Shown here one piece after another: positions 1-8,462 of a DNA stretch of 50,688 nt. Numbering within the stretch: position 1 is the first letter of the stretch; every line of letters begins with the position of its first letter. Position numbers and translations under genes: made by a program. The stretch comes from a virus (Duplodnaviria > Caudoviricetes), in IMG/VR virus record IMGVR_UViG_3300044732_000890, positions 1 through 50,688 of that record, one strand, 5' to 3'. The notes under the pieces were generated by a model. The model made no database searches. It saw nothing but the letters and a program-made list of their open reading frames with translations, and was not told the origin of the DNA.

Positions 1-1135
1 GCAAGGCAAGTATATCAGCGACTTGCTGCTTCAGTTCTTCGATCTCAACGGTCTGTGCGTCACACAGCACCTGGAGTTCATAAATCTTGCCTGTGTGAGC
101 CTTGGCTGTCTCGGCGAGGGCACCGCGGACACCCTTCAGCTGCTTTTCAACATCGCGCTCGGTGACAGGCTTCGGCACCTGCAGGCGATGATTGGCGCCA
201 TCGAACAGGAAGGTCGAACCGTCCTTGTGATAGATGTCGCCCGGCTCATAGCTGCGGCTCTCATCAAAGCCACCGACATCTCGCTGGCCGGCAGTTCCGA
301 GGCGCTTCCAGTGCGGGCTATCGCCGGGTTCTTCCGTGGTGTCGCAGACGGCCTGATATGAACGGCCGATGTAATGCTGAACGCACTTGCCTTCGCGATA
401 GATACCCGGCTCCCAGGGGGTGACATCTACGGTCTTCGTGACAATGGAGATAAACCACTCATCACGGGCCACATGCTTGGCTACCTCGGCCGCATCAGCA
501 TCCTTGCCGTCAACGCCGTCACGGCCATCGGTGCCCGGCGCACCCGGCTCGCCGGCCGGTCCTGTGATCTCTGAAATGTGGTTGGCAATGATTGCCTCGA
601 CCACCTCGGAGACATCAACAGACTTGCCGTCGACGCCGTCACGGCCGGGGGCGCCGGCATCGCCACTGTCGCCTTTCAGGGCAGCGCGGAATTCATCGTC
701 AGCCTTCAGCTGCGCGGCAATGGCATTATGGTCGGCATCCTTGCCGTCCACGCCATCGCGGCCGTCTTTGCCGTCAACCCCATCCCTGCCCGGCTCACCC
801 TTCAGGCTGGCCCGGAAAGCCTCGTCGCCCTTCAGGGAGCCAGCCACGACCTCGGGATCGACATCCTTGCCGTCAACGCCGTCGCGGCCATCGGCGCCAT
901 CCTTGCCGTCACGGCCCGGCTCGCCCTTCAGGCTGGACCGGAACGCCTCATCACCCTTCAGATGCGCGGCAATGGCGTCATGATCGGCATCCTTGCCGTC
1001 CACGCCATCGCGGCCGTCCTTGCCGTCAGCACCCGAGAGGCCGGGCGTCAGTGCAATGCCGTCAACCCGCTTCTCCAGGTTCACCAGCTGTTCGATCACC
1101 GGATCGAGTATCTCGACGAGTTTCTTCTCGATCAT
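1..1135 (-). CDS. Collagen-like (Gly-X-Y repeat) virion protein, partial (runs off window start)
   Basis: Own translation. ATG at 1135 overlaps portal stop (ATGA) and the frame is open to position 1. Sequence MIEKKLVEILDPVIEQL... has repeated GKDGRDGVDGKDAD blocks separated by short helices, then WEPGIYREG and a C-terminal coiled coil. Not in the ORF track because it lacks a stop. Confidence 0.8.
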   Translation of the reverse strand, partial: MIEKKLVEILDPVIEQLVNLEKRVDGIALTPGLSGADGKDGRDGVDGKDADHDAIAAHLKGDEAFRSSLKGEPGRDGKDGADGRDGVDGKDVDPEVVAGSLKGDEAFRASLKGEPGRDGVDGKDGRDGVDGKDADHNAIAAQLKADDEFRAALKGDSGDAGAPGRDGVDGKSVDVSEVVEAIIANHISEITGPAGEPGAPGTDGRDGVDGKDADAAEVAKHVARDEWFISIVTKTVDVTPWEPGIYREGKCVQHYIGRSYQAVCDTTEEPGDSPHWKRLGTAGQRDVGGFDESRSYEPGDIYHKDGSTFLFDGANHRLQVPKPVTERDVEKQLKGVRGALAETAKAHTGKIYELQVLCDAQTVEIEELKQQVADILAL

Positions 1136-2526
1136 GCCGCGGCTCTCTTCTGCTGCATCCTGGTGAACAGCAGCGCCTTCATCACATCGACATCGATGTC
1201 TCGCTGTTCAGCAGGCGGGGCTTCGGCACTATCAGCACCCTGCGTGTCGGTAGATGCCGGGGGCGCGGCCAAACGCGCAGCCTCGGCGTCAAGGAGGTCA
1301 CCGATCTTGTCGATAGGTACCATCTGGCGCTGAAGGTATGCGGTGTTGCCGCCCTTCACCGGGGCGTAACCCTCACGGTTACGGGCTTCGTCAGGCGTCA
1401 GAAGACCGCCCTGGACAGCCTTTGTCAGGCCGTCGATGCGCCCGGCAAAGTCGGTACGCAGGAGGGCACTAACATCTAGTTCGATGTATTCATTACCACC
1501 CTTCAAACCGAACAGGCGATCAAATGCCCGCTCTGTATGCTCCAGGTATGAACCCAGCGACATCGACAGGAAGTGCTGAACTAGGATTTCAGCGTTGCTC
1601 AGAGTGGCGTGCGACAGATCGCCGACGAGCGGCGGCGGGACGCCGAACACCCGGCAGATGTCCTCGAGGCTCAACCGCTGGGCTTCGACCAGCTGCGCGT
1701 CCTGAGAGTTGATCGACAGCGGCTGGAACTTGAGGCCGCCAGCCAGCACAGGGATCTTGCCGGCAGACATGCCCTGCGCCTGCTCTTCGAAGGCAAGGCG
1801 AAGCGTCGTCATCTGCTCGCGGGTCAGCACCTGATCCGTGGAGATGATGCCGGAAGGCCGGTTCATGTTGCTGAAGAAGGTCGCCTGCGTCCTCGACAGG
1901 GACACGTTGATGCCGATGGCAAGCGCGGCAGCCTTGATGGGTGATTCCCCGACCAGAGGATGGCGCGGCGTGTGGAAGCGGAGGTGGAGGATGTCCCGCG
2001 CCGGCACGATGTAATCCGTCCCGCCGGGCGCCAGCGGGCTTTCGCCAACGGCATAGAACACCTCGCGGGTGTCCTCGTCGATGATGGGCGAGCAGACGCC
2101 ACGCGGCAGCAGATGCAGCGAGTCCACCTCGAAACGGTCGTTCCGGGTCGCAATCGCGAAAGCCTCGCCGTCGAACAGCGCGGTCGCGATCAGGTTCAGG
2201 ATGAAATCAGGCGAAGACTGATATGAATTCGGGTTCAGGAGAACGCGGTAGGCCCCACTGGTCCGAACCTCTTCGAAGCGGCCATTTACCACCCGGATAT
2301 GCTTCGGGTAGCACTGCGACATCGCACGGGCGATTGCCATCACACAGGCGTAGACGGCCGGGACATTTCGGGCGCCGCCACTCAGCGCCAGATCGCGCTG
2401 GAAGCCATCCTCGAGACGGCCAAGCGAATACCAGTTGCCAGAGGGAGCCGCGCCATAGAACGGGCCGCGCCAGGAGCCTTCAGCCCCCAGCCCGAGCCAA
2501 CTCTTGATCTTTGAAACGGCCCCCAT
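1132..2526 (-). CDS. HK97-family portal protein
   Basis: VPAVYACV, NPNSYQS, ILHLR, GESPI, ICRVFGVPPPLVG, LLTPDEAR motifs typical of HK97 portals. Confidence 0.95.
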   Translation of the reverse strand: MGAVSKIKSWLGLGAEGSWRGPFYGAAPSGNWYSLGRLEDGFQRDLALSGGARNVPAVYACVMAIARAMSQCYPKHIRVVNGRFEEVRTSGAYRVLLNPNSYQSSPDFILNLIATALFDGEAFAIATRNDRFEVDSLHLLPRGVCSPIIDEDTREVFYAVGESPLAPGGTDYIVPARDILHLRFHTPRHPLVGESPIKAAALAIGINVSLSRTQATFFSNMNRPSGIISTDQVLTREQMTTLRLAFEEQAQGMSAGKIPVLAGGLKFQPLSINSQDAQLVEAQRLSLEDICRVFGVPPPLVGDLSHATLSNAEILVQHFLSMSLGSYLEHTERAFDRLFGLKGGNEYIELDVSALLRTDFAGRIDGLTKAVQGGLLTPDEARNREGYAPVKGGNTAYLQRQMVPIDKIGDLLDAEAARLAAPPASTDTQGADSAEAPPAEQRDIDVDVMKALLFTRMQQKRAAA

Positions 2527-2532
2527 CAGGGG

Positions 2533-2814
2533 TTAACCCGCAGTATTCGTAGCTGCGGTGCGCTTCCGGGTCGTCATGACCTTGGTGTCATAGGTCCGAC
2601 CAACCAGCGGCTCCGCCGGATTGACGACGCCCGGATCAATCGGGGCCGCCTCGGCCTTCTGAATTTCCTTGAAGTACAAAGCGCCGACAGCCGTATCCTG
2701 CACGGCACCGGACTTGATCAGCTTCTGTGCCAGCACGTCATCACAAGCCACGAACCCAGTCTGGTTCTGCAGTTCGGGAAGCGGCTTGTAGGCCCATACC
2801 AGTGTCTCAGCCAT
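2533..2814 (-). CDS. Small hypothetical head-associated protein
   Basis: 93 aa ORF with AGGAGAG SD, between capsid and portal. Confidence 0.7.
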   Translation of the reverse strand: MAETLVWAYKPLPELQNQTGFVACDDVLAQKLIKSGAVQDTAVGALYFKEIQKAEAAPIDPGVVNPAEPLVGRTYDTKVMTTRKRTAATNTAG

Positions 2815-2834
2815 CGATCACTCTCCTGTAAGGC

Positions 2835-2859
2835 TGGCCGGGGCATAATACCCCGGCCA
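2835..2859 (-). terminator. GC-rich hairpin downstream of major capsid gene
   Basis: TGGCCGGGG / CCCCGGCCA 9-bp inverted repeat just after capsid stop; weak U-tract. Confidence 0.5.
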
Positions 2860-2873
2860 ACACATTTGCATAA

Positions 2874-4211
2874 TTACCAGGCGCAGCCGGTAATGGTCTG
2901 GACAGCACCGGCGCGGAGCAGTGCCCAGTCGAGTTCCCAAACCGTGCGAAGCGCAGCCGAGTTCGTCTGGTAGAGCGAGCGAACCGGAGCTGCAGCCACT
3001 CCAGCGCCATCAACGATAGGCAGCGGGGTGGTATCTTCTTCGTGGATGGACGCCACCTCAGTACCCATGAAGCGCGGAGCGCCGCCAGCGAACGCGAGTT
3101 CGGCAGCGTCGATCAGGAACACGATATCAGAAGGTACGTTGGTCGAGGTGACCACCGGAATACCCATGAGGGTGTTCTGATTGGAGTCAGGGAACGTCGG
3201 CGTACCGGCCGCCGTCACCGAAAGCTGCACACCCCAAGCGCGGGCCGGATTCATAACCCAGACCGGACGGCGACCCATATTCTGGGAAGCCAGCTGCTGC
3301 AGGCGACCACGAACGTCGGCCATGATATTGGCAGACGAGTTGCCGGTCGAGGCGGCAGTGTTAGAGCCAGTCGCAAAAGTCTGCATACCAGCCGGTGAGA
3401 TAGGCGAGCTGGGGATGTTCGACAGGAACATCTGGTCGAGCTTGGTCGCCGTGTCCGCGATCATGGCATCACGGATGATCTGCTCAATCGACGGGGTCGA
3501 ACGCTCGAGCAGTTCCATAGTGTAGGTGCCGATGACACCCATCGACTTCGGCGACAGGGTCGCGGAGGTCATGGAGATCGCACCAACGCGGATCGGCGCA
3601 CCCTCGGCGCGGAAAGCCGCAGCAAGGTTCGGATTGTCCAGAGCTGCACGCTGCGGGATCTTGATCGACGCAGCACCGTTGAACTCGTAGCGAGTCATCG
3701 GAATGCGCGGGATCACGGATTCGCCGCGGAGCAGGTCCATGAAGCCGGCGTAGGATTCACGCACCAGTTCCTGCGCCCAGCCCGGCACGTTCGTCATGGC
3801 GGGGTTCTGGGTAGCCTTGGTGACGATGCCGGCGACGGACTTGACGACTTCGTCGTCGCCGTAGCGGGCTTCGATAGCCATCTCGACCGGGATGCGCTTC
3901 ACATAGGCGTCGAAAGCGACGAGAGCGGACTTCACCAGGAGGTCAGCCTTCGCGCTGTCCTTGACGCGGGAAGCGGGGTTGGCGTTGATCGCGGGAGCCT
4001 TGACGGCGCGGGCGACGGACTTCTCAACGGCGGCTTCAGCGGCCTTGAGGCGGTCCAGTTCGGCAGTCGCCTTCTCGACGGCTTCGGTGGCGGCAACCAC
4101 GGCGTCCTGAGACTCCTGGGTGTCATCCATCTTGGCGGTGAGGTCGACGAGGACATCGCGGGCAGCGACGAGTTCCGCCTGCTTGGCGGTGATCTGCTCA
4201 GAGAGCTTCAT
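2874..4211 (-). CDS. HK97-fold major capsid protein with N-terminal coiled-coil (delta) domain
   Basis: Start reassigned to ATG 4211 (MKLSEQITAKQAEL). EGAPI, LSPKSMG, WVMNP, LMGIPVVTS and SLYQTNSAALR motifs; follows prohead protease. Confidence 0.93.
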   Translation of the reverse strand: MKLSEQITAKQAELVAARDVLVDLTAKMDDTQESQDAVVAATEAVEKATAELDRLKAAEAAVEKSVARAVKAPAINANPASRVKDSAKADLLVKSALVAFDAYVKRIPVEMAIEARYGDDEVVKSVAGIVTKATQNPAMTNVPGWAQELVRESYAGFMDLLRGESVIPRIPMTRYEFNGAASIKIPQRAALDNPNLAAAFRAEGAPIRVGAISMTSATLSPKSMGVIGTYTMELLERSTPSIEQIIRDAMIADTATKLDQMFLSNIPSSPISPAGMQTFATGSNTAASTGNSSANIMADVRGRLQQLASQNMGRRPVWVMNPARAWGVQLSVTAAGTPTFPDSNQNTLMGIPVVTSTNVPSDIVFLIDAAELAFAGGAPRFMGTEVASIHEEDTTPLPIVDGAGVAAAPVRSLYQTNSAALRTVWELDWALLRAGAVQTITGCAW

Positions 4212-4791
4212 TGGAGTATTCCTGCTTAGAATTGATAGAATTGAGGGCATTTTCCCGCGCTGCGACTGCCCGCTTGAGAACCGCATCCCTCTCTTCATCG
4301 CTGGACCCAGCAGTGGAGGAAGCGGAGGTTTCCGGCGTCAGGGAGACACCGAAACTCTTAGCGATCTGCATCGCCCTTGGATGGGCCGGAATACTCACAA
4401 CGGAGCATTCGAGCAGTTCGATAGACTTGAAATGGATACCACCGGTCTTGTTCGGCTCGCCCGAACCGCGAAAACCAATCGAGGCACCCAACGGGACGCC
4501 ATCTGCGATCAGCGTCTTCGCCATCTGGGCCAGCGAGGTGGATGCGAACTTGATGTAGCCCGTCAGGCGGTCGCCTTCGGCCTTGAGGTTCTCCCAAGTG
4601 CCAATCGGGCGATCCGGGTCATGTTGCCAGAGCGCAATAAGCTTCCGGGTATTGTTAACGACGGACTTGTAAGCGGAAGGCTCAATAGTGTCCTTGACGC
4701 GATCAGGTGTCGCGGCAGACATCACGAAGCGGGCATCAAATGCCTCGCTTTCGCTCTTCTCAACGGTTACGGGGAGGTGCTTGATGTGCAT
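4198..4791 (-). CDS. HK97-family prohead protease (S78-like)
   Basis: DRVKDTI, LWQHD..PIG, ASIGF, LLECSVVSIPAHPRA motifs. Confidence 0.93.
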   Translation of the reverse strand: MHIKHLPVTVEKSESEAFDARFVMSAATPDRVKDTIEPSAYKSVVNNTRKLIALWQHDPDRPIGTWENLKAEGDRLTGYIKFASTSLAQMAKTLIADGVPLGASIGFRGSGEPNKTGGIHFKSIELLECSVVSIPAHPRAMQIAKSFGVSLTPETSASSTAGSSDEERDAVLKRAVAARENALNSINSKQEYSNEAL

Positions 4792-4977
4792 CCGGCCGAA
4801 CCTTCATCGGTTGAGCCGGTTTTATGAACTTTACAGTTCCACCGTTGCGTTCAATTTTTCCGGGGCGAATGCGCGTCATACGTAAGCTCCGGCACGAGAA
4901 AACGGCGACGTATTATCAGCATAATACACACTGATAACATTCAAAGAAAATCTATTTAGAGCGTCGCCCATATTTTG

Positions 4978-5017
4978 CCCTTACGCCGGTTTGCCGCAAA
5001 AGTCAAGCGTTATTTTT
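4978..5017 (-). promoter_or_regulatory. Sigma70-type promoter of the phage repeat family, for protease/capsid operon
   Basis: Minus strand AAAAATAACGCTTGACTTTTG (TTGACT at 5006-5001), same as the early promoter family; -10 is weak (TAAGGG). Confidence 0.55.
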
Positions 5018-6635
5018 ACGCAATCCACCAGCTCAGGTCGTTACCTAAAGTTTCAGCCCGGCCATCGCTAACCGCGTAGGTAGCCATTATAGCGGCGATG
5101 AGTGGGTCGATGCGCTGAGTTGCTTTCGCCTTGCTAAGTTTTACGTCGCCGACATCATTTATGACCGCCACCGCATTGGCCGCCGCCATATTAAGTAGGG
5201 GATGGTTACCATGGCAAATGCGACCCTCAAGCATCAACGAAAGAAAGGCTTCAGCTCGCGGACTGAACTCCTTGAATCCCTGACCAATTGAATTCCAAAC
5301 CGCCAAGGAGCCGAAACCTTCTTCCTCGGCGACCCGCTTAAAGTCTTCAATACGCCACCTATCAAATTCCACCGTGGAGAGTGCAATACCTAGATCGTCA
5401 AGCCGAGTCTTTAGAGAATCTATAATCTGCGCGTAGTCCATGCTCTCGCCACCAACCGGAATCAACTGACCCTGCGTAATCCAAGCGGAGTATGGTGCCC
5501 GGTCACGACGACTGCGCTCTTCTACCCCATGTGTCGGGCAGAACACGAACGGAAGCAGATGGACGTTGCGAGTAACAGGATCCATGGCGGCAATCACGGC
5601 CGCCGTGAGGTCGTTGCGAGCCGAAAGGTCCAGCCCAATAGAAACCGGATTATTGCGAAACACCTCTAAGTCTGGCGGCGAACTGTTCTTGCGCCAAACC
5701 TGCGGAGATAAAAACAGATGCTCCTGCGCCACCCGCCGATTCAACAGCAGATTCTCGGCTCCGGCAGCCATGGCAGGTAAACGCTTAGCCTGCTCAAGCT
5801 GGTTGGCAAGATCAGACTTAGAGCGGAACACACCAAGACCGGGGTTAGCCATACGCATACCCTCAGCATCAAGTAGATCAAGTTCTTTAGGAGAGGTGTA
5901 AAGATGACAAACGGTATGAGGGTCTTGAGAACGCACCGCGTCGTCAATAAGTATAGATAGAAAGTCTGCATCAGATGCGGCCTGCGTGGAGATAGTAGCG
6001 AACAGGGCGTCAGAATACGAACCCTGAGAGGTGCGTAGCATCTCCGTATACTCGGTGGACGGACCCTTGATCTGTCCGCTTTCGTCCAACACGATGTATT
6101 TTAGCGAACGACCATGACCCGTCTTGGCTTCGGCACTCATCGCGTAGTAGGTCGTATTTAGGGCCAGACCCTTTATCTCTTTCGTGGAGGGTGTTACATG
6201 TAACACGTTCGCTACATCAGGCGACTGCAAAATCATCTGATGCATCATCTTGAAAACGAGCGAGGCCTGATCGCGGGAGTTAGCGGCCGAGGCGCAAGTG
6301 ATGTTCGGCTCGGCCAGCGGCCCACACAGCACGGCCAGTATAAGCACCGCCAGCAGGAAGGATTTACCGTTTCTGCGAGCGATACTCAGTATGGCTGTGC
6401 GGGTCCCTTTGGGGTTGTCTAGCACCGCCCGGAGCCAAGTCTCCTGAAATACATCCAGCCGGATAGGCTGACCCACGTGCTCACCATCCGGGATACGTAG
6501 GTGACGCTCTGCAAACAGAATTACCTTTTCTGCCCGCGTCAGCTTGTTTGGGTCGGTGATCTGGCGGAAGTTGCGCGGCTTGGGTGTCGGCCCGCAAACT
6601 ATCGCGCGCAGCACGTAATCTGGAAGAGCAGCCAT
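5016..6635 (-). CDS. terL: Terminase large subunit (HK97-like, Terminase_1)
   Basis: Walker A IARRNGKS, Walker B IVLDE, coupling motif ISTQ, nuclease GLDLS...D and RIDPLIA. Confidence 0.95.
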   Translation of the reverse strand: MAALPDYVLRAIVCGPTPKPRNFRQITDPNKLTRAEKVILFAERHLRIPDGEHVGQPIRLDVFQETWLRAVLDNPKGTRTAILSIARRNGKSFLLAVLILAVLCGPLAEPNITCASAANSRDQASLVFKMMHQMILQSPDVANVLHVTPSTKEIKGLALNTTYYAMSAEAKTGHGRSLKYIVLDESGQIKGPSTEYTEMLRTSQGSYSDALFATISTQAASDADFLSILIDDAVRSQDPHTVCHLYTSPKELDLLDAEGMRMANPGLGVFRSKSDLANQLEQAKRLPAMAAGAENLLLNRRVAQEHLFLSPQVWRKNSSPPDLEVFRNNPVSIGLDLSARNDLTAAVIAAMDPVTRNVHLLPFVFCPTHGVEERSRRDRAPYSAWITQGQLIPVGGESMDYAQIIDSLKTRLDDLGIALSTVEFDRWRIEDFKRVAEEEGFGSLAVWNSIGQGFKEFSPRAEAFLSLMLEGRICHGNHPLLNMAAANAVAVINDVGDVKLSKAKATQRIDPLIAAIMATYAVSDGRAETLGNDLSWWIA

Positions 6636-6639
6636 AAGG

Positions 6640-7119
6640 TTAGTTGCGGGATGCGATCAGACTCAGCGGCCCCTTAGCCTTAATGGTTTCGATCGCTTTC
6701 TGGTCTTCCTTGGCGTTGGCCTGAACGGTCGCCTTGGCGCTGGTCGTGGTATTCATACTTAGCGAGCGGATCAGAGAAAGTTGCATGCTGAGTAAAGTAG
6801 CGTAGACTCGGGTGTTGGCGTTCTCGACCATCGTACCCCGCTGGTTTTCTACGACGTAACCCTCTCGCTTCAGGGTGGCCTTCACATCGCGAATGGAAAT
6901 CTCCAGCTCGATAATCTTGACCAGCATAACTAAGTCATGAGGCAGCCAATCTGACCGGGATCGGGCGGCGGTAAACGTGCGCCAAAGCTCCTTCTCCATG
7001 TCGGATTCAAACTTTACTCCCAGAGGAACTGGAATCTCCTGACCTATATCCGCAAAAGCCTGAACCGTACGCTCAAGGGTGCCAGCGCCGGGACGTTGAG
7101 GTTTGCGTTCGGTAGTCAT
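6640..7119 (-). CDS. terS: Terminase small subunit (P27-like)
   Basis: Directly upstream of terL; LKREGYVVENQRGTMVEN motif; start moved to ATG 7119 behind GGAGAA SD. Confidence 0.8.
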   Translation of the reverse strand: MTTERKPQRPGAGTLERTVQAFADIGQEIPVPLGVKFESDMEKELWRTFTAARSRSDWLPHDLVMLVKIIELEISIRDVKATLKREGYVVENQRGTMVENANTRVYATLLSMQLSLIRSLSMNTTTSAKATVQANAKEDQKAIETIKAKGPLSLIASRN

Positions 7120-7150
7120 TATGCGGTTCTCCAAGTTTGGTTATATTATA

Positions 7151-7180
7151 TATTTAGGGTGATTCGTTGAGGAAGTCAAG
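7151..7180 (-). promoter_or_regulatory. Sigma70-type promoter for terminase genes
   Basis: Minus strand CTTGACT-N17-TAAATA (-35 at 7179-7174, -10 at 7156-7151). Confidence 0.65.
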
Positions 7181-7285
7181 GGGGTAAAGTCGAAGTTTAT
7201 TGTTAAGCCACCTAAAATGGGGTCCGAATTCTAGTAAGCACAGTCAAACAAATGGCAACAACGCGGTTGGGATCAAAAGCCGGTA

Positions 7286-7315
7286 ATTTGACACCTCCCC
7301 CCCCACCATATATAG
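7286..7315. other. Candidate cos/packaging site
   Basis: Non-coding gap between HNH and terS with an 8-nt C/G run (7297-7304). This position is typical of cos in HNH-terS-terL phages; exact cut site not determinable. Confidence 0.45.
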
Positions 7316-7398
7316 GCCCTCCAGTCCTGCGATTTAAGGAGTATAAGAATAAGGTCAGGACTTACGCGCACACTCCGCAGCCCAACAACATCAGCCAC

Positions 7399-7692
7399 TT
7401 AGCGCCAACTGTCAGGTAGGCCATCAAGACCCACCGGCTCCTTGACATTGTAGTCTACGTGGGCGGTCTTGCGGTTGTGACAGGGAAGACACAGCACCTC
7501 AAGGTTGTTTAGGGTATCGACCCCACCCTTACGACGCGACACCACATGGTCCACCACCGGCCGCGACTGCCCAGCCTTGGCTCCTCTCACACCTGCACCG
7601 CAGTGCGCACAGCGCCAGCCCGCTGCTCGGAGTGCTACCAGTCTCAGTGCTTCCCATTCTTTGCTCAGGTAGTAGGGATCTGCGACCTTCAT
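7399..7692 (-). CDS. HNH endonuclease (terminase-associated, HK97 gp74-like)
   Basis: YLSKEW..LR, CAHCG, VDHVVSRRKGG, NLEVLCLPCHNRKT; upstream of terS. Confidence 0.9.
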   Translation of the reverse strand: MKVADPYYLSKEWEALRLVALRAAGWRCAHCGAGVRGAKAGQSRPVVDHVVSRRKGGVDTLNNLEVLCLPCHNRKTAHVDYNVKEPVGLDGLPDSWR

Positions 7693-8054
7693 TTCGCCCT
7701 CACCAAACACTCTACCGAAGAGCGTAGAGAATCCCTATCGCACCATACACCCTCTACAACCCCTAGGCCCAACCCGACAAACGCCCTCCAGCCTCCTCCT
7801 CGTTCCTTCTCGCCCACGGCCAACAGCGTCACCAACCCCTCTTTCGCCGCCTGACGGTGCCACACCTTCTGGGAGGGTCTAACCTCAGACATTTGTCCAC
7901 CCACAAATACCTTCAGCTCCACCGGGATCAACCGACCATCCACCGGCACCATCAGGTCCGACACCCCGACATCCCCACCCCGACCCGGTTCTATGCGCAC
8001 CAGCCAGCCGTCCCATGCTTCAACGAACCACCGCTTGAAGGCAAGCTCACTCAT
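7689..8054 (-). CDS. VRR-NUC/Holliday-junction-resolvase-like PD-(D/E)XK nuclease
   Basis: E..F, GVSDL, VELK, RPSQKVWH motifs. Confidence 0.7.
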   Translation of the reverse strand: MSELAFKRWFVEAWDGWLVRIEPGRGGDVGVSDLMVPVDGRLIPVELKVFVGGQMSEVRPSQKVWHRQAAKEGLVTLLAVGEKERGGGWRAFVGLGLGVVEGVWCDRDSLRSSVECLVRAK

Positions 8055-8263
8055 ACGGCGGCCTTTGGGTAAAGCTCAACGACCTTCACACCCCGTTTGA
8101 TGTGCTCTGAGCATCTACGATTTGGGGATCCGAACAACGGCATGCTGAAATCAAACTTCTTACCACACCCTGCGCAGTGTGACCTCAATCTGATCGAGAT
8201 CCCATCTGCGTCCTCAACTCCCAAGAACTCGTAACCCTGACCTTTGAACTGAAGCTCACTCAT
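8051..8263 (-). CDS. Small putative Zn-binding protein
   Basis: CAGCGKKF...RRCSEH; GGAGAT SD; stop overlaps next start. Confidence 0.6.
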   Translation of the reverse strand: MSELQFKGQGYEFLGVEDADGISIRLRSHCAGCGKKFDFSMPLFGSPNRRCSEHIKRGVKVVELYPKAAV

Positions 8264-8270
8264 GACATCT

Positions 8271-8462
8271 CCGGGGTCTCAATAGCTTTCAAGTCAACCT
8301 CCAAAAACCACCAACTTACCATCATCAGAAATCACCGTTTAATTGAGACCCTGTCCTTACAGGAGAGACACCGGGGTCCTGATTGGTATGGGCACTGGTG
8401 TGACCCATACCCAAACCATTCAGGACTTGCGCCGGGGTCCCAAAGGGTCTCAATAGGGGTCC
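8271..8462. repeat. Cluster of GGGGTC(C/T) iteron-like repeats; candidate replication origin
   Basis: GGGTCTCAATAG at 8274-8285 and 8445-8456, inverted ATTGAGACCC at 8342-8351, CCGGGGTC at 8271, 8371 and 8432, GGGGTCC at 8456. Confidence 0.55.

Noticed and set aside
420-1479. Long plus-strand ORFs with repetitive PSTPSRP / AVNAV / HPCR sequences
   Set aside because: Antisense shadows of the minus-strand collagen-repeat gene and portal
8040-8263. Identical 12-nt starts (ATGAGTGAGCTT; MSELAFK / MSELQFK) of two adjacent genes
   Set aside because: Too short to interpret; could be an insertion scar or chance
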